DNA of 64,000 nt from Bacteroidia bacterium (lineage in GTDB: Bacteria > Bacteroidota > Bacteroidia > Cytophagales > Cyclobacteriaceae), in the NCBI GenBank assembly GCA_964202605.1, contig CAXNJN010000007.1:543-64542 (forward strand), in the 5' to 3' direction. How positions within the stretch are numbered: the first letter of the stretch is position 1; each line of letters starts with the position of its first letter. Positions 44,003-53,275 of this stretch are shown piece by piece. Position numbers and translations under genes: made by a program. Below the pieces are notes generated by a model. That model did not search any database, was not told the origin of the DNA, and saw nothing but the letters and a program-made list of their open reading frames with translations.

Positions 44003-44842
44003 ATGAAAAAACTGCCCTTGATTTTAAATCTTTCGATTTTTTTCTTGATCAGCTGTTCCTCCGGAGAGAGAAAAGAACAAAATGAAAGTAGCCTCGAAAA
44101 AATTAGTATTGATCCCACTAAGACATACACTCTAAAAGAAGCAAGTTCTATTGGGGCTATTCGAGTATCGGCGGATGGATTAGGAACCTATAAATTCATA
44201 AATGTAGTTTTAGAAAATTCTTCGGAGTCTTCAATTTCGGTAGATATTCCTGCTGGTAGTCATTTTCAAAACCCAACTAGCGAGGAACAAAGCCTGATTT
44301 CCTCAGAAAGGTCAGAGAAAATTACTCTTCAAGCAGGTGAAAGAAAAACCGTGAAGGTCTCGACTTTCTGTACCAATGCTAGAAAATTTGTTCCAAGTGA
44401 ACAATCTGGCTGGGCCTATCAACCGGATTACGCTGGTGGTCTTGATGAAGTAATTTCCTTTTATGGAAATTATGCGGAAGGTATCGATCAATGGCTTATC
44501 AAAAAAAACCCAGAAAAATTTTCTACTAAGGAAGGGAGATTACTTTTTTTCCAGGTGGTGATCTGGAGTTATGAGGGTGCGGCTTATCAAGATATGGTAA
44601 AGATGCTTTCCCAGGATGTTTTCGCTGATGACATCGATGCAGCCAAAAAATGGTTAGATGAGATTTATAAAGAGGCAGTAGAAATTGCTCAATTGATCAA
44701 GAATAAAGATTCTGAGGGACTTAAAAATTGGGCGAAACAAAAAATCCTCGATATTTTACCCACCAATTCCGAAATAGATAACGCCGTGGATAAAACAAAA
44801 GAAGGCATTAATAATCTAAGAGATAGGCTAAAAAAGAATTAA
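44003..44842 (+). CDS. Hypothetical lipoprotein (possible thioester-domain-like motifs)
   Basis: Lipobox LISC; FCTNARKFVP and FQVVIW. Confidence 0.65.
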   Translation: MKKLPLILNLSIFFLISCSSGERKEQNESSLEKISIDPTKTYTLKEASSIGAIRVSADGLGTYKFINVVLENSSESSISVDIPAGSHFQNPTSEEQSLISSERSEKITLQAGERKTVKVSTFCTNARKFVPSEQSGWAYQPDYAGGLDEVISFYGNYAEGIDQWLIKKNPEKFSTKEGRLLFFQVVIWSYEGAAYQDMVKMLSQDVFADDIDAAKKWLDEIYKEAVEIAQLIKNKDSEGLKNWAKQKILDILPTNSEIDNAVDKTKEGINNLRDRLKKN

Positions 44843-44893
44843 TTCGGTAGCCAAACCCATCCTAGAAAAAAAGCCAACTACAGATGAAATCAA

Positions 44894-44932
44894 TAAAGCC
44901 TTATTGAAAAGTTATTCAATAAGGCTTTTTTT
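44894..44932 (+). terminator. Intrinsic terminator
   Basis: aaagccttattgaa-aagtta-ttcaataaggcttttttt. Confidence 0.75.
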
Positions 44933-45006
44933 GTAAGTTGTATTTAACCAAAAGTCTCTGGTTTCAACTTCCTGCCCATAAATCCTGAATGCATAATATA
45001 CAACTA

Positions 45007-45038
45007 ATAAGTGGTTCGAAAAACGGGGTACTTACACA
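45007..45038 (+). repeat. Isolated copy of the 32-bp res-like site
   Basis: ataagtggttcgaaaaacggggtacttacaca; compare 34022-34053 and 61199-61230. Confidence 0.85.
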
Positions 45039-45279
45039 TTCTTGCTACAGAATCGAATTAATAGGAGATTCATTAAGAAAAAAAATGTAAAATTGGCAGG
45101 CTATTGCTTATCACAACACCAGACTATTCTAAAGTGAGGGTCAGTATCCCCGGAATAGGGGTGAATATCATCCGGGAATTCCAAATGCTACCAAGTACCG
45201 TATTTCACAAAAAACTACTTTGAGAAGATTTGATACAGTGCGGGTAAAAAAGGACCCAATTTGTACCGGGGCTTTTCTA

Positions 45280-46413
45280 TTAACTCAGTTTGAACCGAAT
45301 GGGTAATCTCATTCGCGTACGAACTGCATTACCTTTTTGCATACCCGGGCTCCACTTTGGAGCTCTTCTAACAATTTTTATCGCTTCTTCATCGCAACCT
45401 CCTCCGATACCTCTTAAGACTTCTACATCTTGAATAGATCCATCGGTATTGATAACGAACACTATGATTACTGTTCCTTCCACCCCCATTCTTCTTGCTT
45501 GAGTTGGGTACTTAAGGTTATCAGATAGGTATTTATTCCAACCAGACATGCCTCCAGGCGGGTTCGGCTGTGTTTCTACTACGTCAAAAATTTGATCAGG
45601 TTTTTCTTCCTCAGGAATGACCTCCTCCTTTGGAGATGCAGTTGAAACAGGCTCTTGCAAGGCCGGATCTTCCTGCTGAGGATTGGCATCTTGTGTACTA
45701 GGTACTTTAACAGACGATTTTTTATTTTTGGTCTTAACCCCTTTTGAAGCAGAAGCAAGCCTTTCTGGTTCATCCCGATCAATTGAATCATTCACCTCTT
45801 TTGAGGCATCAATTGAATCAGAAGGCAAGTTTATTAGGATAAGGACTCCTAGAACCAATACAAAAGTTAAAAGGTAGAGACCATTGATACTTCGAAAAAA
45901 GCTTTCATTTGTTGGCTGGTTATGGATAGGACCTGATTCAACACTAGAAGGTTGAGTTGGAACTGCTTCGGATTCCAATTCATCAAAGTAGGTGACTTTT
46001 TCCCTTAGTTGGGGGTCAATTCCATAGTCATTATTTCCAATGTCTCCGGGAAATGTACTTAAGTAAATATTGTAGAAAGGGGCAAAGAAAATCCACCCAG
46101 AGCGATTGATATCATGCATCCTTTTTGCCCCTTGAATGAATAAAAATGCGGTCAATCCCAAAGGAAGAAAGTAGGAGTGAAGCGTTTCAAAAAATAGGTA
46201 AAATCGAACTCCAAAAACTGAAAATAAGCCGATTTCGAGGGCAATGTGACTAGACAAATAAATCAATAGTGCTAAGGCTACTCTTTTGAAAAAGGCACTT
46301 CTACTGATTCTTCCTTTGGTATTGAAAAATCCAGTTTCCTCATTTCCAGATTTTAGTCCTTTGTTGTCGTAAAGATTCGAGGGGCTCATTTTGATGAAAT
46401 TCTTCCTATCCAA
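45280..46413 (-). CDS. DUF805 membrane domain fused to a TonB C-terminal domain
   Basis: FNTKGRISR, IQGAKRMHD and GNNDYG (DUF805); TM; YPTQARRMGVEG.V...GIGGGCDEEA...PIRFKL (TonB_C). Confidence 0.85.
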   Translation of the reverse strand: MDRKNFIKMSPSNLYDNKGLKSGNEETGFFNTKGRISRSAFFKRVALALLIYLSSHIALEIGLFSVFGVRFYLFFETLHSYFLPLGLTAFLFIQGAKRMHDINRSGWIFFAPFYNIYLSTFPGDIGNNDYGIDPQLREKVTYFDELESEAVPTQPSSVESGPIHNQPTNESFFRSINGLYLLTFVLVLGVLILINLPSDSIDASKEVNDSIDRDEPERLASASKGVKTKNKKSSVKVPSTQDANPQQEDPALQEPVSTASPKEEVIPEEEKPDQIFDVVETQPNPPGGMSGWNKYLSDNLKYPTQARRMGVEGTVIIVFVINTDGSIQDVEVLRGIGGGCDEEAIKIVRRAPKWSPGMQKGNAVRTRMRLPIRFKLS

Positions 46414-46630
46414 AATCAGAAAGTTCGATTTATGCTTAATTCATTGAATGTGCCATACTATGGCATCTTCTTTTAGGCCTAAAATATCGGTAAGATAATC
46501 CTTAATTTTAACTAACTAAAGTCAGAAGTAAAACAATCTTCCTCGCTAAAGTATCAAACAAATAATTCAAGTTTTGTATTATTTGTTTGATACTACACAT
46601 AAGCAGTAGTCAAAATAGCGCTATCTCCAC

Positions 46631-49414
46631 TCAATTTTTTATACAACGAACTGAAAAACCATATGCCCTGTATCCTTTGTAAAAATCAGCCTCTGAGCTA
46701 TCGAATCTTAAAACTTCGGAGTCAGTCCCATTTATAGTACTAGACCAATAAACGCCTATTGGATTTGTATTTATTACTCCGCTTGAATGACTTCGTAGAT
46801 TTGCCGTCGGTAATTTCAATACTGAAGAAATTGCCCCCACACTATTTTTGTTTACCCAAACCTGAACTTCAGCATTCAATTCACTTGTAGTTGGCAAACG
46901 GTAGCCAGAAGGGCAAGGGTTATTAGTTCCTGAGACACCTTGCCACAAGCTTGAGTTTTGGGGGCTTCTCCAATCATTGGGTGCGTTTGGAGCAACTATA
47001 AAAGATGAGTTTGTAGGCGTACTACTCGAAGTAAGCGAAGTTGTGATGGAAGAATTTCTACATTGGTGCCCATCCGCTCTTCTACCCCACTGGTACAAAT
47101 CTCCAAAAGAACCTGTATCGCTAGAACTAGTCGCTACATTGGATGCACCTAGGTTTCTATCCATCCAAGTGCGGCCTGTAGCAGGGCTAGTCACTGGAAC
47201 AATAGCAGCTAAGACCCCTCCGCAAAGGACCGTATTGTTTGGATAACTTGAAGTTGCAGACGGCTCTACAGTCCTTACCAAGGTACAAGTTCGTCCACCT
47301 ATATTAAGCGCAAAACTAGCCACCCCACTTACGGAGGGTGTTCCTGTAATCGTGTAGGTCAATGAGCCACTTCCATTAGCAAAGGTCCCAGCTACCAATG
47401 TAGCAGTCAATCCTCCTACGACCGTCGAACTTACCGATTGACCTGAATGGCTACCTCCATTTCCTCCAGTGTAAGTAACTGAAAAACTTACTCCTGCAGA
47501 CGCTGTTCCCTGCGTTAAGGTACCTGTATTTGTTACTGAACTACAGTTCAACTGGCTAATACTTCCAGCAACAACAAGTTGACTGACGACTCGAGTCAAT
47601 GTACAGGTCTGTCCTCCTATATTTAGCGCAAAACTAGCTGTACCAAAACCAGAAGGAGTTCCAGTAATCGTGTAAATCAAAGAGCCACCCCCATTTGCAA
47701 AAGTTCCTGAAGCAAGGGTAGCAGTCAAGCCCGTCACCCCAGTCGAACCTACTGATTGCCCTGAATAGCTTCCTCCATTCCCCCCGGTGTAGGAAACCGA
47801 ACTACTGACTCCGGAGGCTGCTGTACTTTGAGTTAGCGTTCCTGTATTTGTTGCTGAGCTACAGGCTAAGCCGCTGATGCTCCCTGCAGGTTGATTGACC
47901 AATCGCGTAAGTGTACATGTACGCCCTCCAATGTTTAACGCAAAACTAGCGGTACCACTCCCCAATGGAGTCCCAGAAATGCTGTATTCAAGCGAACCAT
48001 TACCTACAGCAAAGCTGCCCGAATTTATAGTAAAGGTCAATCCATTTATTCCCGTAGAATTGATACTTTGCCCTTGATGGGCCCCTCCATTTCCACCTGC
48101 ATAGGGTATACTCCCCCCAACACCAGAAGCAGCTTGGTTGACATTCAATACCCCTGTCGAAGAAGCTCCACCACAATTAAGATCGGTAATGCTGCCCGTT
48201 AAAGTGGTAACCACCCTGGTTAAATTGCAAGTCTGACCTCCAATAGAAAGTGCGAAAGTAGCATTGCCCGTGGCAGAAGGAGTACCTGTAATCGTGTAGG
48301 TCAAGTTGCCGTTACCATTCGCAAAATTTCCTGGAGCTAGAGTTGCCGTCAAGCCCGTCACTCCTGTCGAATTAATAATCTGACCAAGATGTGCACTTCC
48401 ATTCCCACCAGTATATGGGACTACAGAATTAACATTCGATGCTGCTGCGCCTGAAATGAGGGCTCCATTGTTTGTTGCCCCACCACAATTTAGCCCTGAA
48501 ATAGTACCCAAAGGATTCACCACTCGAGTGAAGGTACAGGTTTGCCCTCCAATAGAAATGGCAAAACTGGCCGTGCCTGCTCCCGAAGGTGTTCCAGTAA
48601 TGGTAAAAGTTAAATTTCCTGATATGGGAGAAAAGTTACCTGAAACTAAAGTAGCAGTCAGCCCAGTAACTCCAGTAGAACTCACAGATTGCCCTGCATA
48701 GCTCCCTCCAGAAAGGGTGGTATAGGGAATGGAACTGCTTACCCCTGCCGCAGCCAAGGTTGCCACCAGATTCCCTGTATTTAAGGGAGTAGCACAAGCT
48801 AAGTTGGATATCTGTTGTTGAACAAATTTTGCTCTTACTGTTTTTGGATTGTCAATGGTAATGTTTTGAGGCACATTTTTACCCGACAAGTCTCCTGACC
48901 AACTATCGAATAACCAACCCTGCTTGGGGATTGGGGTCAATTCCACGATGGTGCTGTGGGGATACTCTCTATTGGAGGGGGTAAATACGACTTTTTCTCC
49001 TACCGTACCCTCACCTTCCACTGTCAGCGTCAGGGGGTAATTACGTCTCATAAAAATCGCAACTACTGACTTATTCTTGTTCATGACCACACTCAGTGGA
49101 TTCGCAGTTCCACTCGCATCCCCTTCCCAGTTTTTAAATACCCAGTGTTGATTTGGTACAGGAATAAGCGTTATGGTCTCATCTGTTTTAAAACTGCTTC
49201 CTGCTGGAGATACATTGATAGTACCTGCTCCAGCGGGAGCAACGCTAGTAGTGAGGGTTTTAGGGACCTGAGGATCAAAAGGATTGGCAAACTCACGGTC
49301 TTGGCAGGCAGTCCAAACCCATGCAAAAAAAATAAAGCTTACAAAGCTGAACCTAGAGGTGAAAACAGAACTTAACTTAAGAATTTGGGAAAATTTATTT
49401 TTCAAAGTATCCAT
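46631..49414 (-). CDS. Surface lipoprotein: two InlB-B-like repeats, five Gly/Thr-rich ~103-aa repeats and a FISUMP-like C-terminal domain
   Basis: WTAC lipobox followed by NPFDP; WVFKNWEGD/WLFDSWSGD; WMDRNLGA, LYQWGR, PCPSGYRLPT, YWSST and GFSVRCIK. Confidence 0.8.
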   Translation of the reverse strand: MDTLKNKFSQILKLSSVFTSRFSFVSFIFFAWVWTACQDREFANPFDPQVPKTLTTSVAPAGAGTINVSPAGSSFKTDETITLIPVPNQHWVFKNWEGDASGTANPLSVVMNKNKSVVAIFMRRNYPLTLTVEGEGTVGEKVVFTPSNREYPHSTIVELTPIPKQGWLFDSWSGDLSGKNVPQNITIDNPKTVRAKFVQQQISNLACATPLNTGNLVATLAAAGVSSSIPYTTLSGGSYAGQSVSSTGVTGLTATLVSGNFSPISGNLTFTITGTPSGAGTASFAISIGGQTCTFTRVVNPLGTISGLNCGGATNNGALISGAAASNVNSVVPYTGGNGSAHLGQIINSTGVTGLTATLAPGNFANGNGNLTYTITGTPSATGNATFALSIGGQTCNLTRVVTTLTGSITDLNCGGASSTGVLNVNQAASGVGGSIPYAGGNGGAHQGQSINSTGINGLTFTINSGSFAVGNGSLEYSISGTPLGSGTASFALNIGGRTCTLTRLVNQPAGSISGLACSSATNTGTLTQSTAASGVSSSVSYTGGNGGSYSGQSVGSTGVTGLTATLASGTFANGGGSLIYTITGTPSGFGTASFALNIGGQTCTLTRVVSQLVVAGSISQLNCSSVTNTGTLTQGTASAGVSFSVTYTGGNGGSHSGQSVSSTVVGGLTATLVAGTFANGSGSLTYTITGTPSVSGVASFALNIGGRTCTLVRTVEPSATSSYPNNTVLCGGVLAAIVPVTSPATGRTWMDRNLGASNVATSSSDTGSFGDLYQWGRRADGHQCRNSSITTSLTSSSTPTNSSFIVAPNAPNDWRSPQNSSLWQGVSGTNNPCPSGYRLPTTSELNAEVQVWVNKNSVGAISSVLKLPTANLRSHSSGVINTNPIGVYWSSTINGTDSEVLRFDSSEADFYKGYRAYGFSVRCIKN

Positions 49415-49427
49415 GACGTAAATGCAA

Positions 49428-50732
49428 TTATTTTATTAAAAAATAAACCCCTATTCCTGTAAATACCCCTCCAAGGCCTAGTGCTATAGGAGAAAGTCTA
49501 TCCGCCGATTCTACCTGTTTTCTTAAAGAGGCCGCTTCAGTAGAAGTAGTGGCCTTTTTGTATGCATCGAAATTTTTATTTGCCGATTGCATCAAGTAGA
49601 GACCTGAACCAATTCCTGCTAAACCAACGACAAATGAAACTGTTCTAAGCCTTTTTTGAGTTTCTTTAAATTTTTCATAATCAAAATGCTTTCTCCATTC
49701 TCTTTGTAAGTCAACTAGATTTTCTTCCTCTTTATCAAATTCATAATCTTTATTGTTATTGTCAAATGCTTTAAAGTTGCCCCTTTCGACTCTAACTGGA
49801 CGCTCACCCATCTCTACATCTATAGTGAATGTTCCTCCTTCTTTTAAAACAGGTTTTCCATCAATTAGAATCTTGTCAATATCATTATCAAATACAACGC
49901 CTTTACTCTTTTTTCGTTTAAGTGTCACTTCTGTTATAAAACTAGCTTCTGCTGGTAAATCCAAAATGTAGTCTTCAAAGTAATCATTTTTAAAAGTCAA
50001 TTTTTTTGTGTTTCCAGGTATGGAACCACTAAAAGTGGTTTTTTTTTTATTTTGATCTGTATCGAAGAAAAATGTAGCTCCAGTGGGTGTGGATTCTATC
50101 CTTACAAATTTAGTTTTGGGAACAAGTGAGAAAGCTGCTTTAATATCGTCCCCATTTTTTAGTATCAACAAAGAATCCTTTGGACTGTATCCTTCTTTCT
50201 CAAGAAGTACTCTTACCGTACCTACAGACAGCCCATCTTTAACGTAAGTTCCTGCTACCAAGGTCCCCTCATCAATTATTTTCTCTTGTGGATGCGACCT
50301 TATACTAATCTTTGCATCAGGAGGATTGGCTGTTATTGTCAATTTGGGGGGGGTATTTAAATCTTTTTCAAAAATCTCATATGCAATTAACTCTCTTTTA
50401 GAACTATTTGGGACCACTATTTTTGCTTCTTTAAATCCCTTGGAATTAATACTTATTTCGTTCCTTTGATTAAGCGGGAGATATAATTCCCACCTATATG
50501 TTTCTTCATTATATTTTGGTTCTTTACCTACAATCCACCCCATATTAGCTTTAAATTTTATATCATCAAGGGTTGGAGCATAAATGAAGATTATATAAGC
50601 CTCTTCCAAATCTGGCTCTCTAGAAATTTTAAATTTAGCATCTATTTCTCTAGACTTTATTTCAAGTGTTTTCAATTGAGCCAAACACACAATAGGGAAA
50701 AGGAAAAAGAGGACAAAAAACTTAATTTTCAT
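49428..50732 (-). CDS. PEGA-domain protein with a C-terminal hydrophobic hairpin
   Basis: Signal peptide; ITANPPDAKI...LEKEGY and IESTPTGATF PEGA-like repeats. Confidence 0.7.
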   Translation of the reverse strand: MKIKFFVLFFLFPIVCLAQLKTLEIKSREIDAKFKISREPDLEEAYIIFIYAPTLDDIKFKANMGWIVGKEPKYNEETYRWELYLPLNQRNEISINSKGFKEAKIVVPNSSKRELIAYEIFEKDLNTPPKLTITANPPDAKISIRSHPQEKIIDEGTLVAGTYVKDGLSVGTVRVLLEKEGYSPKDSLLILKNGDDIKAAFSLVPKTKFVRIESTPTGATFFFDTDQNKKKTTFSGSIPGNTKKLTFKNDYFEDYILDLPAEASFITEVTLKRKKSKGVVFDNDIDKILIDGKPVLKEGGTFTIDVEMGERPVRVERGNFKAFDNNNKDYEFDKEEENLVDLQREWRKHFDYEKFKETQKRLRTVSFVVGLAGIGSGLYLMQSANKNFDAYKKATTSTEAASLRKQVESADRLSPIALGLGGVFTGIGVYFLIK

Positions 50733-50734
50733 AA

Positions 50735-51742
50735 TTAATTAATAAATTCAAAGTTTGATAAATCTAACGCCTCAGGACCTAGGGGTTGCCAAGCGCGCAC
50801 ATGGATTTTTATGTTTTTTTCATTTTTAAAATCTATAATTAGAAATAAGTTTCCAACGTCTTTGTATGTCGGACTATTCCAAGTCTGAACTAGGTTTACA
50901 CCATAAACCTCTGGTAATAGAGTATGTTTACTAATTTTTATCTTATTAAACTTGACATCAATATACTCGTTTGCAGAAAAAATTCTTTTTATATGCTGTA
51001 AATACTGCTGCTTGTTGTGAAGCTTATAAACTACTTTATCCCCAGTAAATCTATCAAAATCAGAATCCGCCTCCCTTTTTACTACCTGTCCTACGATTAT
51101 TAGTGCAAAATCACTAAAGAAATCATCAATGGTTGGTACGTCCTTCCTATTGTAAGCAGTTTTAAATTGCTCCACAACCTCTAGAATTCGCATTGTTCGA
51201 TCATATTCAATAATATTTGTACCATTGAAATTCTCAGGATCAAATTCATGTTCGGCAGCAGTAAAATTAAAGGCAACAATTTGACCAAAAGAATTCAAAG
51301 TAATGACGCCCATTTCCTTTCCAACCGTACCGTCTTTGCCCTTCAAGGATAATGGGACATTTCGAACTTGATATCCTTTCCCAAAAGCGCTGAATTCTGA
51401 AGTCAGAATAAGCTTCGCGTTGATGGTTCTTTCTGGACTTGACATACTTGCATTAGCCCAAAGTTCCCCAATTCTCGTAGCACATTCGTTAGTAACTTTT
51501 AGATTTTGAAGCCTTGGATCTCTATTGCTAGCGGAAGCATTATTTAGTTCAGTCAACAACCCTGAAATGGATCGCTCCATCTCTATTTGTAAAGCACTTC
51601 TGTCACTGTTCGTGAAAGACACATTGGTTTTTGTCTGCCCAAAGACACTTACCAAGAAGAAAAAAGAAAGGTGAAGCAAAAGGATTCGTTTGGCATGCAT
51701 GGCTATAGGTTTCTTAGTAAAATTCTGATTTGAATTGGTCAT
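50735..51742 (-). CDS. Secreted protein with an NTF2-like C-terminal domain
   Basis: Signal peptide; EQFKTAYNRKD...FFSDFALIIVG...YGVNLVQTW..YKDVGNLFL..DF..IHVRAWQP. Confidence 0.6.
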   Translation of the reverse strand: MTNSNQNFTKKPIAMHAKRILLLHLSFFFLVSVFGQTKTNVSFTNSDRSALQIEMERSISGLLTELNNASASNRDPRLQNLKVTNECATRIGELWANASMSSPERTINAKLILTSEFSAFGKGYQVRNVPLSLKGKDGTVGKEMGVITLNSFGQIVAFNFTAAEHEFDPENFNGTNIIEYDRTMRILEVVEQFKTAYNRKDVPTIDDFFSDFALIIVGQVVKREADSDFDRFTGDKVVYKLHNKQQYLQHIKRIFSANEYIDVKFNKIKISKHTLLPEVYGVNLVQTWNSPTYKDVGNLFLIIDFKNEKNIKIHVRAWQPLGPEALDLSNFEFIN

Positions 51743-51761
51743 ATACTAATTATTAATTCCC

Positions 51762-52634
51762 TTAATTTTTTATGTCTAGCTTAAATAACACTTCTTTATC
51801 GCCGCTTTTAGTAAACATATCTCGAAAGTCAGTAATGGGAATAAAGGAATAAAATTCTCCCATTAATTTTTGTTTCTCTTCAGCTACCTTCACACTTATC
51901 ATGTGGTGAAAATTCAAATACGGATGCTGAAACAATACCAAAAGAAAATTTCCTTGAATACCGCTCCAAATAGTCCAGGATTCATGGTTCGGTAAGGAGG
52001 ATAACAAGGCTTTGGGATGCAAGGAAAACAGTTCCTGCTTTTTCCCATACAAATGATAAACGAAGTCAACCTGCAAAGGCAAATTGCCCTCCTCAGGGAA
52101 CATTAAAGAATTAACAATGGATTCAAAGACGACTTTTCTATTCAAAATCCGTTCCCCGAGCTGATTTTCAAAGTGTTGATTGAATAGAATCCCGTCTTTG
52201 GTTTGCCCAATTTTTCGAATTATCGAGTCAACAGAAATAGCAAGCGTGCTGTCAACTTCTATTTGTGGAGCCTTTCTTAATTTTTCCACCAATTCATCTT
52301 CCAATGCCTTCTTATCCTTGCCCAAATGCAAGGAATACTCATTTGGATAAGATATTTGAAAGTTTACACCCAAACTGTCCTTCAGGTTCCACTGAATGGA
52401 ATCTTCGCCAATATTTAAAGCAATCACATCTTTATCCCAGTTGGCTTTTCCTTTGATGCTTGAAGAAGAAACAATTCTCCCATTTTTCACTACAGTAATA
52501 TTGGATAGAAACTTATCGGAGGATAAGGATGGAACCAAGCTCTCCTGTATAATGCTTTTCTTTTCCGTTTGAGAAAATGCCAAACAAACGGTGGAAATTA
52601 AAATAACTACGAACAAGGTCCATTTTTTCATCAT
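51762..52634 (-). CDS. Secreted hypothetical protein
   Basis: Signal peptide; 290 aa; closely spaced with the downstream gene. Confidence 0.65.
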   Translation of the reverse strand: MMKKWTLFVVILISTVCLAFSQTEKKSIIQESLVPSLSSDKFLSNITVVKNGRIVSSSSIKGKANWDKDVIALNIGEDSIQWNLKDSLGVNFQISYPNEYSLHLGKDKKALEDELVEKLRKAPQIEVDSTLAISVDSIIRKIGQTKDGILFNQHFENQLGERILNRKVVFESIVNSLMFPEEGNLPLQVDFVYHLYGKKQELFSLHPKALLSSLPNHESWTIWSGIQGNFLLVLFQHPYLNFHHMISVKVAEEKQKLMGEFYSFIPITDFRDMFTKSGDKEVLFKLDIKN

Positions 52635-52800
52635 AAAAAAATTTAAGTGTATCTCATCTAATCTCCCTCTAAGTCTATAAAGATTCTTCTTTCTAAAATA
52701 TTAAGTTCTTCAGAATTAATTTGAAGACTTTCTTTTCACTAATTTGCAATTATTTAGTGTCCTTCAGGCATATCTAAAAACACCCTTATCCAACAAATGA

Positions 52801-53106
52801 TCATTTGCAGGTGCCGGGTAGCTCATCTGAACCATCAGGACAATCACAAGTGCCATTTTGTACTTGATCCAATCTAATGGGCTGTCCACTGCCTTTACAA
52901 TAGAATAGATTTTTGCCCATTTCTCCAGAGGGAATAATTTCTCCTTTAGCTTTTTCCAATTCCAACATTTTCTTTTCTATCGTTTCGACACGATCAGCTA
53001 ATGCCTCTAGTTGCTTTGCCGATTCTTTATCCTCACCACCACAGGCAATTAGGAATATAACTATTGAAGAAATCAAAACTACTTTTTTCATAATTAGATT
53101 AAACAT
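52801..53106 (-). CDS. Small lipoprotein: coiled coil plus a C-terminal LDLa/PRKCSH-like Cys motif
   Basis: Lipobox LIAC; FYC...I..DQVQNGTCDCPDGSDELPGTC. Confidence 0.75.
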   Translation of the reverse strand: MFNLIMKKVVLISSIVIFLIACGGEDKESAKQLEALADRVETIEKKMLELEKAKGEIIPSGEMGKNLFYCKGSGQPIRLDQVQNGTCDCPDGSDELPGTCK

Positions 53107-53275
53107 TTTCTTCCTGAAACGAAAATTACAACGTGTACTAATTTCAAATTTTCACTACCCCATGGGGCTTAATCCGCCTACCAATTAATCCAAATAATTA
53201 ACTCCTGTTATTCCTAAAGAATAAAAAAGAGTAGCTAAGTTAGGACGTTTAATAACTATTTGAATTTGCCAACCA

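Noticed and set aside
45040-45275. Possible gene remnant after the res-like site
   Set aside because: Multiple stops and no recognisable family.
46631-47200. Diversity-generating retroelement target (FISUMP/CLec-like C-terminus)
   Set aside because: No reverse transcriptase and no second, adenine-variant copy of the 3' end was seen in the window.
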